From NCBI GenBank assembly GCA_965223265.1, contig OZ244999.1, positions 384,001 through 448,000 on the forward strand: a stretch of DNA of 64,000 bases, written 5' to 3'. Origin of the DNA: Planctomycetota bacterium. GTDB lineage: Bacteria; Planctomycetota; UBA8108; SXIK01. The translations under genes and the position numbers were made by a program. The notes below the pieces were generated by a model, which worked only from the letters and a program-made list of their open reading frames with translations, made no database searches and was not told where the DNA came from. Shown here in pieces: positions 10,701 to 19,571 of the stretch (within the stretch, counting starts at the first letter, position 1; each line of letters opens with the position of its first letter).

Positions 10701-11481
10701 GCTTTTGGCTGTGCAAGGATTTCCATTCATCGACGAGGCGGGAATCGTGACAGGTGGTGTCGTGCTTGTCGAAGACAAGACGGACTCAGCGCGTGTCGAT
10801 ACGCTGCGGGAACGGGAGCGGCGACTTGCAAGTTTGCGCAGTATGGCCAAGGAATTGACGTCGGGTTTGCATGACCTCACGACGCAATTGAAGGATGGTG
10901 CCTCTGGTGCTGCAGTCAGGAACATTGAACGCTTGGAGTCGATGATCGCAAGCTTGTCCGTCTTTTCAGAAGACTCAGTCGGTTTTCGAGGCGGCTCCGA
11001 GCTGTCGCTGAATGAACTTCTGCAGGGATTACTTGAAAGCGAGAACGGTGTTACCGGCTTCGGTCAGAACGTTCGCGTTGATTTTCGCGCGCAGGCTGGT
11101 CTGTGGACGGTTCAGGCAGATGTCGATCGCATCAAGGAGGCGGTTCTTGAGATCCTCCGTAACGCCGCCGATGCGATGCCGGAAGAGGGACTCCTCAAGA
11201 TCCGTACCGCGAACGTACGACTGGAGTACGACGAACCCATACTCCAGGCTGGCACTTACGTTGAGCTCGCCATCGCTGATACGGGCATCGGAATGGCTTC
11301 GGGGCATCGCGAGCGAGCCGTCGAGCCGTTTTTCACGACGAAAGCACGTGAGGAGAGTCTCGGAGTCGGGTTGTCGTTGGCCTATGGGGTGGTCCGCAGC
11401 CACGGTGGCGATCTGCGCATCGACTCAAGCCCAGGTCAAGGCACGATCGTGCGGGTGCTGTTGCCGGCCGCGCATCGTTGA
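7780..11481 (+). CDS. Membrane sensor histidine kinase-like protein (periplasmic propeller, Y_Y_Y-like, TM, PAS, HATPase)
   Basis: Propeller repeats (VWAGTDRGV, LFLATNRGL, LYFGTDYGL), PPGEHTFEIEVRD, TM helix, PAS-like region, N/G1/F/G2 boxes (RNAADAM, DTGIGM, PFFTTK, GVGLS). H-box atypical. The N-terminus contains a MITE. Confidence 0.85.
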   Translation: MTFTPERASEAALPRSGHSSLLKKVIRPRNWPLHAQTGRANTRHQNQKKRARRLPPFAAADLDAKRPVFDSKHPFQQADRRRGWLGGGCQIWSCILAGVLLVSPSLYDTKDIAAQSLVEVGEVRDRFGAAWRWRLHGRDERLRLGTATALYQDQKNFVYAATHLGIFRYDLWFWEQLAPQLADEVLTFAESNSVVYACSRSVLWKLRGDRLEVAHQGDELLLAVEADRNVFLIDGESRKHYQIHGEVLDLVDGGTLPSGNFFGYAVAPDGRHWLIAGGDLYSRDLREPAWVPLEPNQVADALVNARCERLYRVAESQVPRRRRIDRPPSTRPGVELWGLFKDSSQGRTVLGALRDDEWVPLKSGDDVPRLKSVKLQHGGLYYAITDDGEVIASADAVDWQQLPLSAVGESSAITSLVDTSGFFWFSLGGGGVATFDPDSDRWTQLPVGGRRVQSLIEATTGDGWEVWAGTDRGVWRYRVGEETQSWPSAQGTELRRVTGLCYDEERERVWVTSEQFSGMLYFDGTNWQRFRAPAIGDDRFIKVVNDFTGELWFLPRSRSGEGQPRFYRLLTPPVDAIQVVRSNEAYDIVDLIRTNTDELFLATNRGLLNGRVVNNGAADSHFEVMRAYSVEDGLLGPSLWSVTRALDGAIWVSYRGESSEVTRISPDGSVTSFSGAGGPVWSITPVGADLYFGTDYGLTRFDGVCFYRQRVASAGLSSGVWPVVVSREIPDSLLVGTLSQGIWRFRNDDDFRPRFSPSDLPATVLLGEDGTGRETFEWDARDYRAQSEPQDLQFRTRFDGDDWTLFSGDRMRILAGMPPGEHTFEIEVRDLDGNPSRGPYLHEFSVRPRGGDSELLTRLALGAVAIALLVGVLFMVSRSVARRRRVERYVEMFRTCPFPVFILDDKLRVVDYNGASPELIELDEDSIAAVIGRPLRLLPAFSHEQLGERLKRMLSGEGFFLREHQWLRGGVVERLLAVQGFPFIDEAGIVTGGVVLVEDKTDSARVDTLRERERRLASLRSMAKELTSGLHDLTTQLKDGASGAAVRNIERLESMIASLSVFSEDSVGFRGGSELSLNELLQGLLESENGVTGFGQNVRVDFRAQAGLWTVQADVDRIKEAVLEILRNAADAMPEEGLLKIRTANVRLEYDEPILQAGTYVELAIADTGIGMASGHRERAVEPFFTTKAREESLGVGLSLAYGVVRSHGGDLRIDSSPGQGTIVRVLLPAAHR
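7836..8014. mobile_element. Palindromic MITE (179 bp) with ATAG target-site duplication
   Basis: TIR CAGCCTGTTGAAAA...TTTTCAACAGGCTG, ATAG on both sides, homologous to the copies at 30317, 56464 and 57365. Confidence 0.88.
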
Positions 11482-11678
11482 CCTCGGCGCTGCAGCAGCA
11501 CAGGTGGGCTGAGTGCAGAAGTTCGGGTGCCCGACACGCACGCCCTCGCTGAACGATTCGCAGCTGTCCTGTCTGAGGTTGGGACATTCGGTGAACACCG
11601 ATGCGGGCGTCGTCGAGACGGCTAAAGAAAAGGATAAAGACGTCGTGTGGAAAGTTTTCCGTCTTTTCTCAAGTGACT

Positions 11679-11694
11679 TGGCACGGGTGATGCA
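11679..11694 (+). promoter_or_regulatory. Candidate sigma54 -24/-12 promoter
   Basis: TGGCACG-GGTG-ATGCA, with GG and GC separated by the canonical 10 nt. Confidence 0.5.
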
Positions 11695-11722
11695 CGTTCC
11701 CATGTGGTGAAACATGGCAAGA

Positions 11723-11812
11723 CAGCCTGTTGAAAAGCGTTTCTACCTGAGACTCGTCGCCGCCAATGTGGCTGACGACGCCGCCCCGCCGAACGACTTT
11801 TTCAACCGGCTG
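11723..11812. mobile_element. Short (90 bp) element with the same MITE terminal inverted repeats
   Basis: CAGCCTGTTGAAAA...TTTTCAACCGGCTG, different interior, no clean TSD. Confidence 0.55.
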
Positions 11813-11851
11813 TTAACCCCCTCTCTCGTTCGGGGCCTCACTTGGCCTCCA

Positions 11852-11896
11852 GGGAGTCGACAGTCGCTCCCTCCGTCTGTCGACTCCCCTTTCTTC
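11852..11896 (+). terminator. Intrinsic terminator-like hairpin
   Basis: 12-bp perfect stem GGGAGTCGACAG/CTGTCGACTCCC followed by CTTTCTT. Confidence 0.6.
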
Positions 11897-11924
11897 GCCT
11901 TGCGCGTTCGCCGCCCACCTGATC

Positions 11925-12995
11925 TCATGTGAGCGGAAGAGCTGCGCCATCAACGGCGGCGGCGACACCCCGAATCGGGCGTTCCGCCAGATGAGAGGCG
12001 ACGTCATCCGATAGGTGCACGAGAACGATTTCCCCGACTTCGAGTTCGCTTCTGCGATCTCGAATCTCCTCTAACGCGATATGCGCGTAGCTGCTTGGTT
12101 CCACCGTCGTGCATTCGAGGATCAGGATCTCTGAGGCAGACGCGAGTGCTTCAAGCTGTGGGCACCAGCGCGTGTCGCCGCTCACTCCCAGAGCCTTTCC
12201 GCCGAGGCGGAAGACGTAGCCGATCGAGCTTTCGTGGTGTTCCATCGGGAACGTGTCGAACTCGACGTCGGCCAGGAGTCGAATGTTTTGCTGTCGCACG
12301 ACAGGGAGCTCGTGAAATCTGATCGGAAAGGCGGCGTCGCTCTGCGAGAAGATCTCGCCGTAACAAAGCCCGACGAGCGACTCGAGGTGGGCACGAATGC
12401 CGGTAGGGCCACACACGTGGAGCGGGCGGGTCCGCTGATCGATATAGAGGAAATGAAGCATGAGAAACGGCCAGCCAGCAATGTGGTCGCCATGCAGATG
12501 GGTGAAGAAGACGGCGTCAAGCTGGCGGGTGTCGACACCGAATCGTTGGATCGCAGCGAGCCCGGTGGGGCCGATGTCGACGAGAAACCGAGGGCCACTC
12601 GGGGCACGGATCATGAGACATTGAGAGAAACGCCCGTCCGTATTGAACGCGTTTCCCGTGCCCAGGAAACGCGCGTGTCCGTGAGCGAGAAGGGTGCTTT
12701 GAGGATTGCCCACGAGGTGGCTGTGAGCGTTGGCTCGTGCCTTGGGCCTGGAAGCGCTCGCGGTGCGCCGTTTGCCGCGCACCGCTTTTGACTTCCGTGG
12801 AGATTTTTTTTTAGTCGCCTGAGAGCTTGCTCGCCGGCGGACTTTCGTCTTTGAGCTCTTCTTTCCCGAGCTCTTCTTTTTGGAAGTTTTAGCCTTCGCC
12901 TTCTTTTTCCTATTTGCCTTCTTGCTGACAGTCTTCTTTCCTGCAGCTTTCTTCGAGGCTTTCTGTTTCGAAGGCTTTACGGCGGTCTTTTTCAC
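11925..12995 (-). CDS. MBL-fold metallohydrolase (RNase Z/BN-like) with a Lys-rich N-terminal tail
   Basis: FLGTGNAF, THLHGDH, SGDT, ILECT, LVHLS. About 90 aa of K/S/A-rich N-terminus. Confidence 0.85.
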   Translation of the reverse strand: MKKTAVKPSKQKASKKAAGKKTVSKKANRKKKAKAKTSKKKSSGKKSSKTKVRRRASSQATKKKSPRKSKAVRGKRRTASASRPKARANAHSHLVGNPQSTLLAHGHARFLGTGNAFNTDGRFSQCLMIRAPSGPRFLVDIGPTGLAAIQRFGVDTRQLDAVFFTHLHGDHIAGWPFLMLHFLYIDQRTRPLHVCGPTGIRAHLESLVGLCYGEIFSQSDAAFPIRFHELPVVRQQNIRLLADVEFDTFPMEHHESSIGYVFRLGGKALGVSGDTRWCPQLEALASASEILILECTTVEPSSYAHIALEEIRDRRSELEVGEIVLVHLSDDVASHLAERPIRGVAAAVDGAALPLT

Positions 12996-13096
12996 GCATC
13001 CTCAACGAGCAGTCAAGACAAGCTCCAACGGCCGCGAAAAGACGGCGACCCGGCGACGTTTCTTGCCGTCACTTCTTGCTGCTGTTGGAGTCAGGC

Positions 13097-14554
13097 TCAC
13101 CATGAGATCCACACACGCGTCTCTGGCGTCTGCCACGCTATTTCGTTCCGGTCGCGGTCTGAAGCCAGCAATTCTACATAGATACGCCAGTCACCAGGTG
13201 CGAGCAAATCCTGCGTGAAAACTGCAGAAAAGTCTTGAACGAACTCTCCGCGACCGCCGCTCACCAGCGCCCCAGGCGGAATCCGGAGAGGTTTGCGACG
13301 CTGGCCAACGGTTTTTCCGTTGGCCCCTACTCGATTGAGTACGAGCGTCGGGGGCGCAACCTCGTGTGCCGATGCGATTCGACGCACCACGGCCGTGCCA
13401 GCAACGCGTGAGCGGGTTGCCGAGGAAACGCGAATCAGAACATGCAGGGGTGGAGAGGCTGGCAGGCGTGATGCCGTCACGCGTGGGAACCGATCACTCA
13501 GGACGGGATGGAGGTGAAAACTGGCTTGAGGGGCCTTCGTCGCAAGTTCAAAGAGTTCGTCGAGGGTGTCAGCGTGAGGTCGCCTGGAAGTGCTCGTGAG
13601 AAGCTTCGCGAGCGCCTCATAGACCAACGGCTTCGTGACGGCATCGAACATGGAGGCGTCGGCTGTCAACGTCTGCGTCAAGTTTCGCTTGGTTTCCTCA
13701 GTCAGCAGAAACGCAGAGTCGATCACAAACTGGAGCGCCGATTTGATCACCTGGCGCTCGGCGCTCGGGTGCAGGCGTGATATCAAAAACTCCGTCGAGA
13801 CGATCTCCGCAAAGAGCACATCGACGTGTCGAGCTAGAGAACTCGCTCTCACTGCGCCTCGCATCTCCCAAAGCTCGCGTTCGCGACGTTCTCTCGCGAG
13901 GGCCTCTGCCATCCTTGCGACGTAAGTGCTGGTCGTAGCATTACGAAACGCACGCGAGATTTCATCGTCGAGTCTCTGCGTAAACTCCTTCATGTTCGTT
14001 TCGTCGACTCCGCGTGCGAGCAAGTGTTCCAGCTCGACGCTCCGATCGAGAGCTGCTCCCAAGTCAGATTGAAACGTCGCCAGCCGATAGCGCCGGTTGG
14101 TGTCGTCCGACTCCGATTTCGCGAGCGTCATGGCGAATCGATCTATACCGCGTGGTGTTAACGCGTAGACGTCGTCGGTGACAACGATTCGTGCCCCAGA
14201 GACTACAGTCTCCCAAACGCGAGAGCCCGGCATGCGCACGAGAAAAAAGATAGCGAGAACCGGGTCGTCGAGTTTGGCGTCGTCAACGTCTCGGAGTCCG
14301 CTGAAGTCGATGCCCCAGGGCACGATCTGGATTCTCGCACCGATTTCATGTTCGCCCTTGTAGATTTTCTTTACGGTCCCAGAGCCTGTTTGGTTGATGG
14401 CGCCCGGTCGAAAATCGCTCACGAGAACTACCAACTCGGAGGCGTGGCTCAGCGACGCAAGGTCGAGCGTCTCCACGGTGAAACCGACTAGAGTTTGAGA
14501 CGTGATCACGAGCGCAAGCGCGACGGGCGAGCCTCGCCGGAACTTGCGACTCAT
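13097..14554 (-). CDS. Hypothetical exported protein (start uncertain)
   Basis: Long ORF. MSRKFRRGSPVALALVITSQ looks like a signal peptide. No family recognised. Confidence 0.55.
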   Translation of the reverse strand: MSRKFRRGSPVALALVITSQTLVGFTVETLDLASLSHASELVVLVSDFRPGAINQTGSGTVKKIYKGEHEIGARIQIVPWGIDFSGLRDVDDAKLDDPVLAIFFLVRMPGSRVWETVVSGARIVVTDDVYALTPRGIDRFAMTLAKSESDDTNRRYRLATFQSDLGAALDRSVELEHLLARGVDETNMKEFTQRLDDEISRAFRNATTSTYVARMAEALARERRERELWEMRGAVRASSLARHVDVLFAEIVSTEFLISRLHPSAERQVIKSALQFVIDSAFLLTEETKRNLTQTLTADASMFDAVTKPLVYEALAKLLTSTSRRPHADTLDELFELATKAPQASFHLHPVLSDRFPRVTASRLPASPPLHVLIRVSSATRSRVAGTAVVRRIASAHEVAPPTLVLNRVGANGKTVGQRRKPLRIPPGALVSGGRGEFVQDFSAVFTQDLLAPGDWRIYVELLASDRDRNEIAWQTPETRVWISW

Positions 14555-14829
14555 CTGCGCACCTCGTCGCGTACAACTTGCGAACATTTCGGGGTAGAGC
14601 TCGCGCCGTGAAGTCATGGTGGTTCTCCGTCTGCATCTACATCTTTCGACTTCCTCCGTGGGGCGACTGCACGTTGAGAGTTGAATCTCTCCCTGGCTTC
14701 CGTTTCGACCGCATGAAACGAGCCAAATCTGCTTGCTGTCGCGGCGCAACGCGGCCGCTTGTTTTTGTGACATCGGTGATCCATGATGGACCGATAACCG
14801 CCTTTGGTCGTTTGCTGAGGAAGACAGAA

Positions 14830-16146
14830 TTGGCTGCTTACCCACCGCGACAACGTTCGCGACGCGAGTTTCTCGGGGCAACTGCTGTCGCAGTCGGAGC
14901 GAGTGGTCTACCGCTCGTCGGCGCGCAGAATGCATCGCTCCGGGCGAGTCCACCCTCGACTCGGCGGCGCAAGCGCATTGCGCTCATCGCGTCGGAGATT
15001 CGTCACTTTTCGCACGCGCAGCATTTTGCCGATCGTTTCCTCGAAGGTTTTGGCTGGCAGGGGCGGCATCACTATCCCGAAGTCGATTTGGTGTCCCTCT
15101 ACGTCGATCAGTTTCCTGGCAAGAGCGATTTGGCTCGCGACCGAGTGCGTCGACATCGTCTTCAGCTCTATCCGAGTGTTGCCGAAGCGATTACCCTCGG
15201 CAGTGAAAGGCTGGCGGTGGACGGTGTCGTCATCATCGGCGAGCACGGTTCTTATCCGCGGAATGACAAGGGGCAGGTGCGGTATCCACGGCATCGGTGG
15301 TTCAAAGAGATCGTCAGGGTTTTCGAGGACAGCGGACGCTCTGTGCCCGTGTTTCAAGATAAGCACCTGTCAACCGATTGGGATGAATGTGTCGAACAGG
15401 TGGAGGATTCTCGCCGCCTCAACTTTCCCTACCTCGCCGGGTCGTCGCTGCCGGTGACTTGGCGTCTGCCGGCACTTGAAGTGCCGTTGGATGCGGCGCT
15501 CGAGGAAAGCGTGTGTGTTTGCTATGGCGGTGTCGATTCGTACGATTTCCATGGCTACGAAACAGCGCAGTGTATGTCCGAGCGGCGCAGAGGCGGCGAA
15601 GTCGGTGTGCGTTCCGTGCATGCCCTCTCGGGGGAGCGTTTGTGGGACTATGTTGCAGCTCGCCCAGAATTGCAGGAGTTGCTGCTGGCGGCTTTGAAAC
15701 GTAGCCACACGCTGCTTGCTCCATCCGGCTACACCTTTGGCGTGCCGACATTCGATTGGGTGCGTGAGAGCGCGCCGAACGGCAAGGGGTTCATCGTCGA
15801 ACACAACGATGGCTTCAGGACAACGGTTTTTCTCTTACATGGACTGCTCGTCGACTTCAACTACGCGGGACGAATGGAGGACGGCCGGGTGGTATCGTGT
15901 CAGATGTATCTGCCAATGCCGCCGCGACACACGACGCTCGCTGACTTCTTCTGTCCGCTCGTGCGGCATATCGAGACGATGATCGTCACGGGAAAGGCTC
16001 CCTATCCCGTCGAGCGAACGCTCCTGACGTCCGGCATGACACTCTTCGGTATCGAATCGATCTACCGCGGCGAGGTCAAGTTGCGGACCCCCGAACTCGA
16101 CGTCGTGTATCAGCCTCCGGAAGAATCCCGGTTCTGGAGGACGTGA
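14830..16146 (+). CDS. Uncharacterised oxidoreductase-like protein with a Tat-like signal
   Basis: SRREFLG motif, VDGVVIIGEHG, VFQDKHLS, AGSSLP, YDFHGYE. The TTG start at 14830 follows GAGGA. Confidence 0.7.
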   Translation: MAAYPPRQRSRREFLGATAVAVGASGLPLVGAQNASLRASPPSTRRRKRIALIASEIRHFSHAQHFADRFLEGFGWQGRHHYPEVDLVSLYVDQFPGKSDLARDRVRRHRLQLYPSVAEAITLGSERLAVDGVVIIGEHGSYPRNDKGQVRYPRHRWFKEIVRVFEDSGRSVPVFQDKHLSTDWDECVEQVEDSRRLNFPYLAGSSLPVTWRLPALEVPLDAALEESVCVCYGGVDSYDFHGYETAQCMSERRRGGEVGVRSVHALSGERLWDYVAARPELQELLLAALKRSHTLLAPSGYTFGVPTFDWVRESAPNGKGFIVEHNDGFRTTVFLLHGLLVDFNYAGRMEDGRVVSCQMYLPMPPRHTTLADFFCPLVRHIETMIVTGKAPYPVERTLLTSGMTLFGIESIYRGEVKLRTPELDVVYQPPEESRFWRT

Positions 16147-17300
16147 TCGCCATGCGGCTTGCCTTGTTCGCGGAAGAGTTTTCGCTCTTTTCACCGGCCC
16201 AGCAGATTCTCGATCGGTTTCTTCGTGGGTACACGTGCGAAGGCGAACTGCGACCTGCGTACGACCAGGTCGTCCTCTCGCTGCGAGGTGATCTTCAACA
16301 ACCTGAAGTGAGAATGCGCGTCCGTGACCACCAGCTGATGGCCGTGGGCACTGACGCCGAAGCCGCTGCCTCGTCTGACGCGTTCGTGATCGTGCCGGCA
16401 AGAGTTGCGTCTGCGGCTTCGGATCGTTTCGTCGAAAAAACCCTTTCTGCGGTTCCGCGCAGTTCGAAGGTTTACGTCCACGGCACACTTGCGAGCACGT
16501 ACGAAGCGGCGCAGCGTCACCTCGGGATTGCACGCCAGCGGCAGGTTGATCTGTTTTCGGGCTCCTATCTCGCGACGACTGTCCGTCTACCCCCGATCGA
16601 CGTGCCGCGCGAAGCTGCAGTCGCAGCGGCGCTGGTTGTTGTCGTCGGCGACCATGAGGAGGTTCCGTTTCGTGCTGTCGACGCGCTATTGCCTTTCATC
16701 GAGCGGCGTCGAGGTGGAGAGGCGGGGATCGCAGCAGTGACGGCACTGGAGGGCGACGCCGTTTGGCGAGCGCAAAATGAAGGCCGCTGGAGTCGCGCCC
16801 TACTGTCAGCAGCGCTGTCGCGCTCGAGTACGCCGCAGGGCGATCCGCGTCGAGACGGGAGAACACAGAACCTCCTCGGACTCGGGAAAGTTCCTCATCT
16901 CGCCGCGGAGCCCCAGGCTTATCTCATCGAGCACACCGATGGGCTGCTGTCGACAGTGCTCGTGTTGAACGGAGTCATCGGCGAAGCGAATGTTGCGTTG
17001 AGGCTCCAGGGTGGAGGCGTCCTATCGACACAGCTTTTCGAACAGCCAGCGCCGCACCCCGCATGGGATGATGCCCCTTTGCCAACCGGTTATCAGTGGT
17101 CCACGCTCGTGGCGCGTCTCGATGAGGCTTTTCGAGGCGGCGGCGCGTGGCCGATCGAACGGGGTGTCGCGACCGCCTCACTCGTCGAACTCATGGCGCG
17201 GGCACGCGAGGGGCTCTATCGCCCAGTCGAGGGACCGGGGCGTGCATTGGCATACCGAAACGACCAGCCGTCGATGTTCGAGAATCGCCCAGCGTCCTAG
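16143..17300 (+). CDS. Diverged paralog of the upstream oxidoreductase-like protein
   Basis: GTGA overlap. Shares DRFL.G, RLP...VP, ERRRGGE.G...V.AL.G..VW and IEH.DG..TV..L.G with the upstream ORF. Confidence 0.7.
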   Translation: MIAMRLALFAEEFSLFSPAQQILDRFLRGYTCEGELRPAYDQVVLSLRGDLQQPEVRMRVRDHQLMAVGTDAEAAASSDAFVIVPARVASAASDRFVEKTLSAVPRSSKVYVHGTLASTYEAAQRHLGIARQRQVDLFSGSYLATTVRLPPIDVPREAAVAAALVVVVGDHEEVPFRAVDALLPFIERRRGGEAGIAAVTALEGDAVWRAQNEGRWSRALLSAALSRSSTPQGDPRRDGRTQNLLGLGKVPHLAAEPQAYLIEHTDGLLSTVLVLNGVIGEANVALRLQGGGVLSTQLFEQPAPHPAWDDAPLPTGYQWSTLVARLDEAFRGGGAWPIERGVATASLVELMARAREGLYRPVEGPGRALAYRNDQPSMFENRPAS

Positions 17301-17414
17301 CTCGATTTCGGCCGTTACGTGTCGAGTTTCGGAACGGCAGGAGCGAGAGCGCCGACCTCGAACCTATACAATGCGACCGCGCGGCTTGGGTGCGATCGTG
17401 CGGCGATCGCGAGA

Positions 17415-18020
17415 TCAGGCGTCTTTGGGCTTTTTTTCCGTCGTCGGCTGAGCGGCGTCCTTCTTGAGGATCCGACCGCTCATGCTGCCTCCATGCCCGG
17501 GGCCGAACCAGGTGCCGGTGTAGATGCCGCGGTAGACTAAGACGCGTGCGGTGTAAGTGCCAAGCCCCGGAACGTTCAGGTCGGTCACCGAAATCACCGG
17601 CGTATCTCCCGCCCAGAGCACTTTGACCGGAATCGGAAACGGGACGGTCACGTCTTTGCCACCGTACTTGACTCGCACGCCGTTGAAGAGCCACAGGTCT
17701 TTGCCAGCCTTCTTCACCGAGTCAATTTGATACAGCTCTTCGCGTTCCTCGCCGAGCTCGTCACCTTGACTAAGCCGCCAATGTCCGGACAGGGTCGCCT
17801 TACGGAAGGTCTTCTCGAACTCCTTTTCCAGTTCGGTCAGTTCCTGTGTCGCCCCGGGCTGTTGCTGAGGCTCCGCAGCCGGCGGTGCGTCCTGTGCTTT
17901 GGGGTCCTTCGCATCTCGGGCGGCGACGCGCACGTGGGCACCTGTAAGGCTGATCGCGATGATCGCAACGCCCACCTGAACGATTCGAGACAACAGAGTT
18001 CGCTGGCTGCTCATGGTCAC
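17415..18020 (-). CDS. Hypothetical exported protein
   Basis: Signal peptide followed by a compact domain (WAGDTPVISVTDL.VPGLGTYTARVL...GTW). Confidence 0.7.
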   Translation of the reverse strand: MTMSSQRTLLSRIVQVGVAIIAISLTGAHVRVAARDAKDPKAQDAPPAAEPQQQPGATQELTELEKEFEKTFRKATLSGHWRLSQGDELGEEREELYQIDSVKKAGKDLWLFNGVRVKYGGKDVTVPFPIPVKVLWAGDTPVISVTDLNVPGLGTYTARVLVYRGIYTGTWFGPGHGGSMSGRILKKDAAQPTTEKKPKDA

Positions 18021-18195
18021 TCCTGCGTTTTCGAAGGGGATTTGCAGTTCACCATGAGTCTACACCACAATGCGGCGGACACCAGAGGCGGAGACAGAGA
18101 CGGAGATGGGATGAGAAGGCCAGTCCCTCCACGCAGTATCCGAAGAAGGATCTGCAACATTAACCGGGCTTTGAACCCAGAAGGAGAGACTGACC

Positions 18196-19272
18196 ATGTC
18201 CCAAAGTAATCAAACACAGCGTATGTTGTCTATCGGCCTTGATCTCGGCGACCGCCTTAGCCACTTGGTGGCGATAACGCTCGATGGAGAGATCCTCGCC
18301 AACGAGCGCGTGGCGACGACACGCTCGGCGCTCGCTAGGCGCTTTGATGAGTTCCCGCGAGGCTCGCGCGTGGTCTGCGAGGCGGGCACGCACTCGCCGT
18401 GGGTCAGTGCGGTGCTCGAAGAGCTCGGCTTCGAGGTGATCGTTGCCAATCCTGTCTGCGCAGGGCGTGCTCTTGCCGCCAACGGTCGCAAGAACGACGA
18501 GCTCGACGCCGTCACCCTGGCGACGCTGGGCTGGGGCAGCCCGCGCCTGTTGCGACCGGTTCGTCACCGCCAGCTCTCAGCCCAAAACGACCTGGCAGTC
18601 ATCCGTGCCCGTGACGCAGTAGTGCGCACTCGCACGACACTGATCAACAGCGTGCGAGGTCTCGTCAAGTCGAGCGGGTATCGCCTCAAGAGCTGCTCAA
18701 GCGCCGCCTTCCACTACAAAGTCAGGGAGGATATTCCCGAGGAGCTCGAGGCGGCGGTGCTACCGATGCTCGAGCAGATCGGGCAGCTTAGCGCCACGGT
18801 GCGCAGCTACGACAGAGAGATCAAGGCGCTCTCAGAGAAGTACCCAGAGACCAAGAGCCTTCAAGAGATCAACGGCGTAGGGCCACTGACGGCGCTGGCG
18901 TTTGTCTTGAGCCTGGAGAATCGGGAGCGTTTCTCCAAGAGCCGCAAGGTCGGGGCCTATCTCGGACTCGTCCCGAAGCAGCACGACTCTTCGTCGAGGA
19001 CTCCACAGCTTCGTATTTCGAAGTACGGCAATAGCTACCTACGTCGACTGCTTGTCGGCAGCGCGCATTACATCTTGGGGCCGTTCGGGGAGGACTGCGA
19101 TCTGAGGCGTTTTGGTGAGCGGCTGGGGCAGCGCGGCGCCGCTCGCGGTAAGAAGCAAGCTACGGTCGCCGTGGCACGAAAGCTCGCCGTGCTGATGCAC
19201 CACCTCTGGGCCAGCGGCGAGCGCTACGATCCACTCTACAGCGCCTCGCGCTCGAAGCGTCGCTCGGCCTGA
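18196..19272 (+). CDS. IS110-family transposase/recombinase
   Basis: DEDD RuvC-like motifs IGLDLG, VCEAG, KNDELDA. C-terminal INGVGPLTA, AYLGLVP..HDSS, ISKYGN.YLRRLL, AVARKLA. RBS AGGAG. Confidence 0.96.
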   Translation: MSQSNQTQRMLSIGLDLGDRLSHLVAITLDGEILANERVATTRSALARRFDEFPRGSRVVCEAGTHSPWVSAVLEELGFEVIVANPVCAGRALAANGRKNDELDAVTLATLGWGSPRLLRPVRHRQLSAQNDLAVIRARDAVVRTRTTLINSVRGLVKSSGYRLKSCSSAAFHYKVREDIPEELEAAVLPMLEQIGQLSATVRSYDREIKALSEKYPETKSLQEINGVGPLTALAFVLSLENRERFSKSRKVGAYLGLVPKQHDSSSRTPQLRISKYGNSYLRRLLVGSAHYILGPFGEDCDLRRFGERLGQRGAARGKKQATVAVARKLAVLMHHLWASGERYDPLYSASRSKRRSA

Positions 19273-19341
19273 GCCGCCTGTGTCATTACGAGGCGACTGA
19301 AAAACCTCTGAAGGATCTACCCGCGTGAAAAGTCTCGTCTT

Positions 19342-19513
19342 GGTGACTGCGATCTCTGCACTGAACCGATCGAGGGCGTCCAAACTTCCTTCGATCATAC
19401 CAGGAGTTCGCGACGGAGTGTGCAGCACCACGACGGTTCGGACCCCAACTTGCACAGAGGACTCCAGGACAGACTCCTCACCCAAAGTGCGTATGGAAGG
19501 CTGGCTTCAACCG
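19342..19513 (+). ncRNA. Predicted bridge/seek RNA of the IS110 element
   Basis: Two stem/internal-loop/hairpin units. Loop 1 carries TCTCTGC and GACGGAG (target arms). Loop 2 carries ACCCCAACT and ATGGAAG (circle-junction arms). Folded by eye. Confidence 0.72.
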
Positions 19514-19571
19514 CGCCATAGACTCTTTCGAGAACTTCAGGAAACCTCAGCGCACCAAAACGCTCTTGGCC

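Noticed and set aside
14578-14953. Overlapping divergent starts of the 618-aa and 522-aa ORFs
   Set aside because: Downstream starts (14554 and 14830) give export signals and remove the overlap
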